From: Octopus sinensis | Taxonomy: Eukaryota | DNA length: 64,000 bases | Direction of reading: 5' to 3' | NCBI RefSeq assembly: GCF_006345805.1 | Contig: NC_043000.1 | Location: 2,976,001-3,040,000, forward strand | Shown here: positions 62,293 through 64,000 of the stretch, one piece after another | Layout: the number at the start of each line of letters is the position of its first letter | Numbering within the stretch: position 1 is the stretch's first letter | Program-made: the position numbers and the translations under genes | The notes under the pieces: generated by a model | Seen by the model: only the letters and a program-made list of their open reading frames with translations | What the model was told of the DNA's origin: nothing | Database searches by the model: none

Positions 62293-62492
62293 TTTATAGA
62301 AGGAGCTTCTACAGGACTAGAACTCAGTAAATAAGGTACCCAATACATAGCAGTGTAAATTAATTTATTTTATAGAAGGAGCTTCTACAGGACTAGAACT
62401 CTACAGGACTGGAGTTCTAGTCCTATGTACATTACGCTGCTATGTATTGAGTACCTTATTTACTGTGGTTAACCCCGACTCAACCTGGGACC

Positions 62493-62535
<43 letters not shown>

Positions 62536-62789
62536 ATTACTGAAGATGCATCTGGAAATCTGTGAATATCTATAGAGTTTATATAAATATATACATCAAC
62601 AAAAAGAGTCAAGTGAGCAACACATTATATTGTATAATACTGAAATTGTTTCATCACCATTTTTGCTAATAGTCATTACAAATATTGAATAGTCATTACA
62701 AATACTGGTATGATGTTTTATTTCATTTATTATATAATAATATTTCAGTGAAGATCTTCCGGTAAAATTGTGATGAAACAATTGTAGTC

Positions 62790-63221
62790 TCTCTCTTTTA
62801 CTCTTTTACTTGTTTCAGTCATTTGACTGCGGCCATGCTGGAGCACCGCCTTTAGTTGAGCAACTCGACCCCGGGACTTATTCTTTGTAAGCCTAGTACT
62901 TATTCTATGAGCCTCTTTTGCCGAGCCGCTAAGTGACGGGGACATAAACACACCAGCATCGGTTGTCAAGCAATGCTAGGGGGACAAACACAGACACACA
63001 AACACGCACGCACATATATATAATATATATATATATATATATACATATATACATATATACGACAGGCTTCTTTCAGTTTCCGTCTACCAAATCCACTCAC
63101 AAGGCTTTGGTCGGCCCGAGGCTATAGTAGAAGACACTTGCCCAAGGTGCCACGCAGTGGGACTGAACCCAGAACCATGTGGTTGGTAAGCAAGCTACTT
63201 ACCACACAGCCACTCCTGCGC
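62790..63221 (-). mobile_element. SINE family A, full length, near consensus
   Basis: Family A on the minus strand. Confidence 0.95.
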
Positions 63222-63289
63222 CTGTATTATGTAATAAAGCATGTTGTTTACTCCTCTATCTTTTTTGATACTTACATATATATTTCCAG

Positions 63290-63432
63290 TCCCAACAGAT
63301 CACCAGTGCCGAACCTGCAACAGAGCTTTCAAGCTTGCATCAGTCTGATTGGCCACAACCAGATACACAATGCCCTGTCCTATCCCATGTGATGCCCTTG
63401 GTCATCATTGATGATGATAGACTAATGATAAT
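63290..63432 (+). mobile_element. RTE-BovB-like 3' end with decayed zinc finger
   Basis: HQCRTCNRAF[frameshift]ACISLIGHNQIH then ttggtcatcattgatgatgatagact. Confidence 0.65.
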
Positions 63433-63440
63433 AATAATAA

Positions 63441-63901
63441 GATGGGCTACAGCAAATATTCTGCTCAATACCACAGATTTGCTTGTCAGTTGTTTGACCT
63501 TAACCAGTTGAGCATGTCCCTTACTGGCTGACGATATGTGCATCTCTGACCACGAGCAGAAGTAGTGGGGGAGCATCATAGTCATGTGTTGAGAGGGATT
63601 CTTTGGGGTTTGAATAGTTCACCTCTAGAAACATGGGTGGTTCTTTCAACATCCTTAAACAACCCTTATTCAGGGACCGTTTGAGCGGGATGGGCTACTC
63701 AACCTGAAGAAAATTCTAACTGGGCCCCACCTGCAAGGTCATGTGCTGTTTATCTTGATATGAGATCACCATGTCGCGCACATATGGTTGTGATGCATGT
63801 GCCTGGTGTACCTTTATCAGACAGGTAGTCATGATGGGTATATTGGGCTTCGTATATTTTACCCCAGTGTCACTTTGATGGCATGAACTGCTCTCTCACT
63901 C
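63441..63901 (+). mobile_element. Second, 5'-truncated copy of the (AAT)n-flanked element
   Basis: Aligns to 18284-18743; (AAT)n on both sides. Confidence 0.8.
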
Positions 63902-64000
63902 AATAATAATAATAATAACAATGATGATGATGATAACAACAACAACTACAACAATAATAATAATGATAATAATAATCCATCCTACTAAAGGCGCAAGGCC

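Noticed and set aside
62722-62770. GTGAAGA...GAAACAATTGTA as a hammerhead
   Set aside because: Palindromic stem III and GUA are present but C3 is missing and stems I and II do not pair
63290-63380. Host C2H2 zinc-finger exon
   Set aside because: Single frameshifted finger of the RTE/BovB C-terminal type followed by a LINE-like tail

Overview
AT-rich, repeat-saturated eukaryotic DNA with no intact protein-coding gene that I can recognise. The SINE families, microsatellite load and transposon spectrum suggest an octopus (coleoid cephalopod) intergenic or intronic region; this is inference from pattern recognition, not a database match. Nearly all long ORFs in the supplied track are microsatellite read-throughs or SINE fragments. 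Recognisable coding remnants are all decayed transposons: two mariner transposases (5.9-7.0 kb +; 13.7-16.2 kb -, split by nested SINEs), a Tc1/maT-like transposase (20.2-20.7 kb -), a Helitron Rep (10.1-11.1 kb), a Penelope-like RT/GIY-YIG element (18.8-19.9 kb), an R4/Dong-type restriction-like-endonuclease LINE (23.3-24.1 kb), several RTE/BovB 3' ends and two CR1/L2-type 3' ends. Non-coding repeats include at least four tRNA-headed SINE families (my labels A, B, D, E), an RTE-tail family (C), TTAA-flanked and hAT-like MITEs and non-autonomous Helitrons. Highlights: (1) four minimal type-I hammerhead-ribozyme folds in four apparently unrelated repeat contexts, one with an intact catalytic core (49977-50020, -); (2) a ~560-bp near-identical inverted duplication (51.9-52.5 / 56.2-56.7 kb); (3) a 3' motif and hairpin shared by SINE A and the CR1/L2-type LINE; (4) combinatorial head/tail swapping among SINEs; (5) repeated use of the SINE A internal (TA)n tract as an insertion site. 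Most coordinates were read by eye and repeat boundaries may be off by tens of bases; TSD, hairpin and ribozyme coordinates were indexed base by base.
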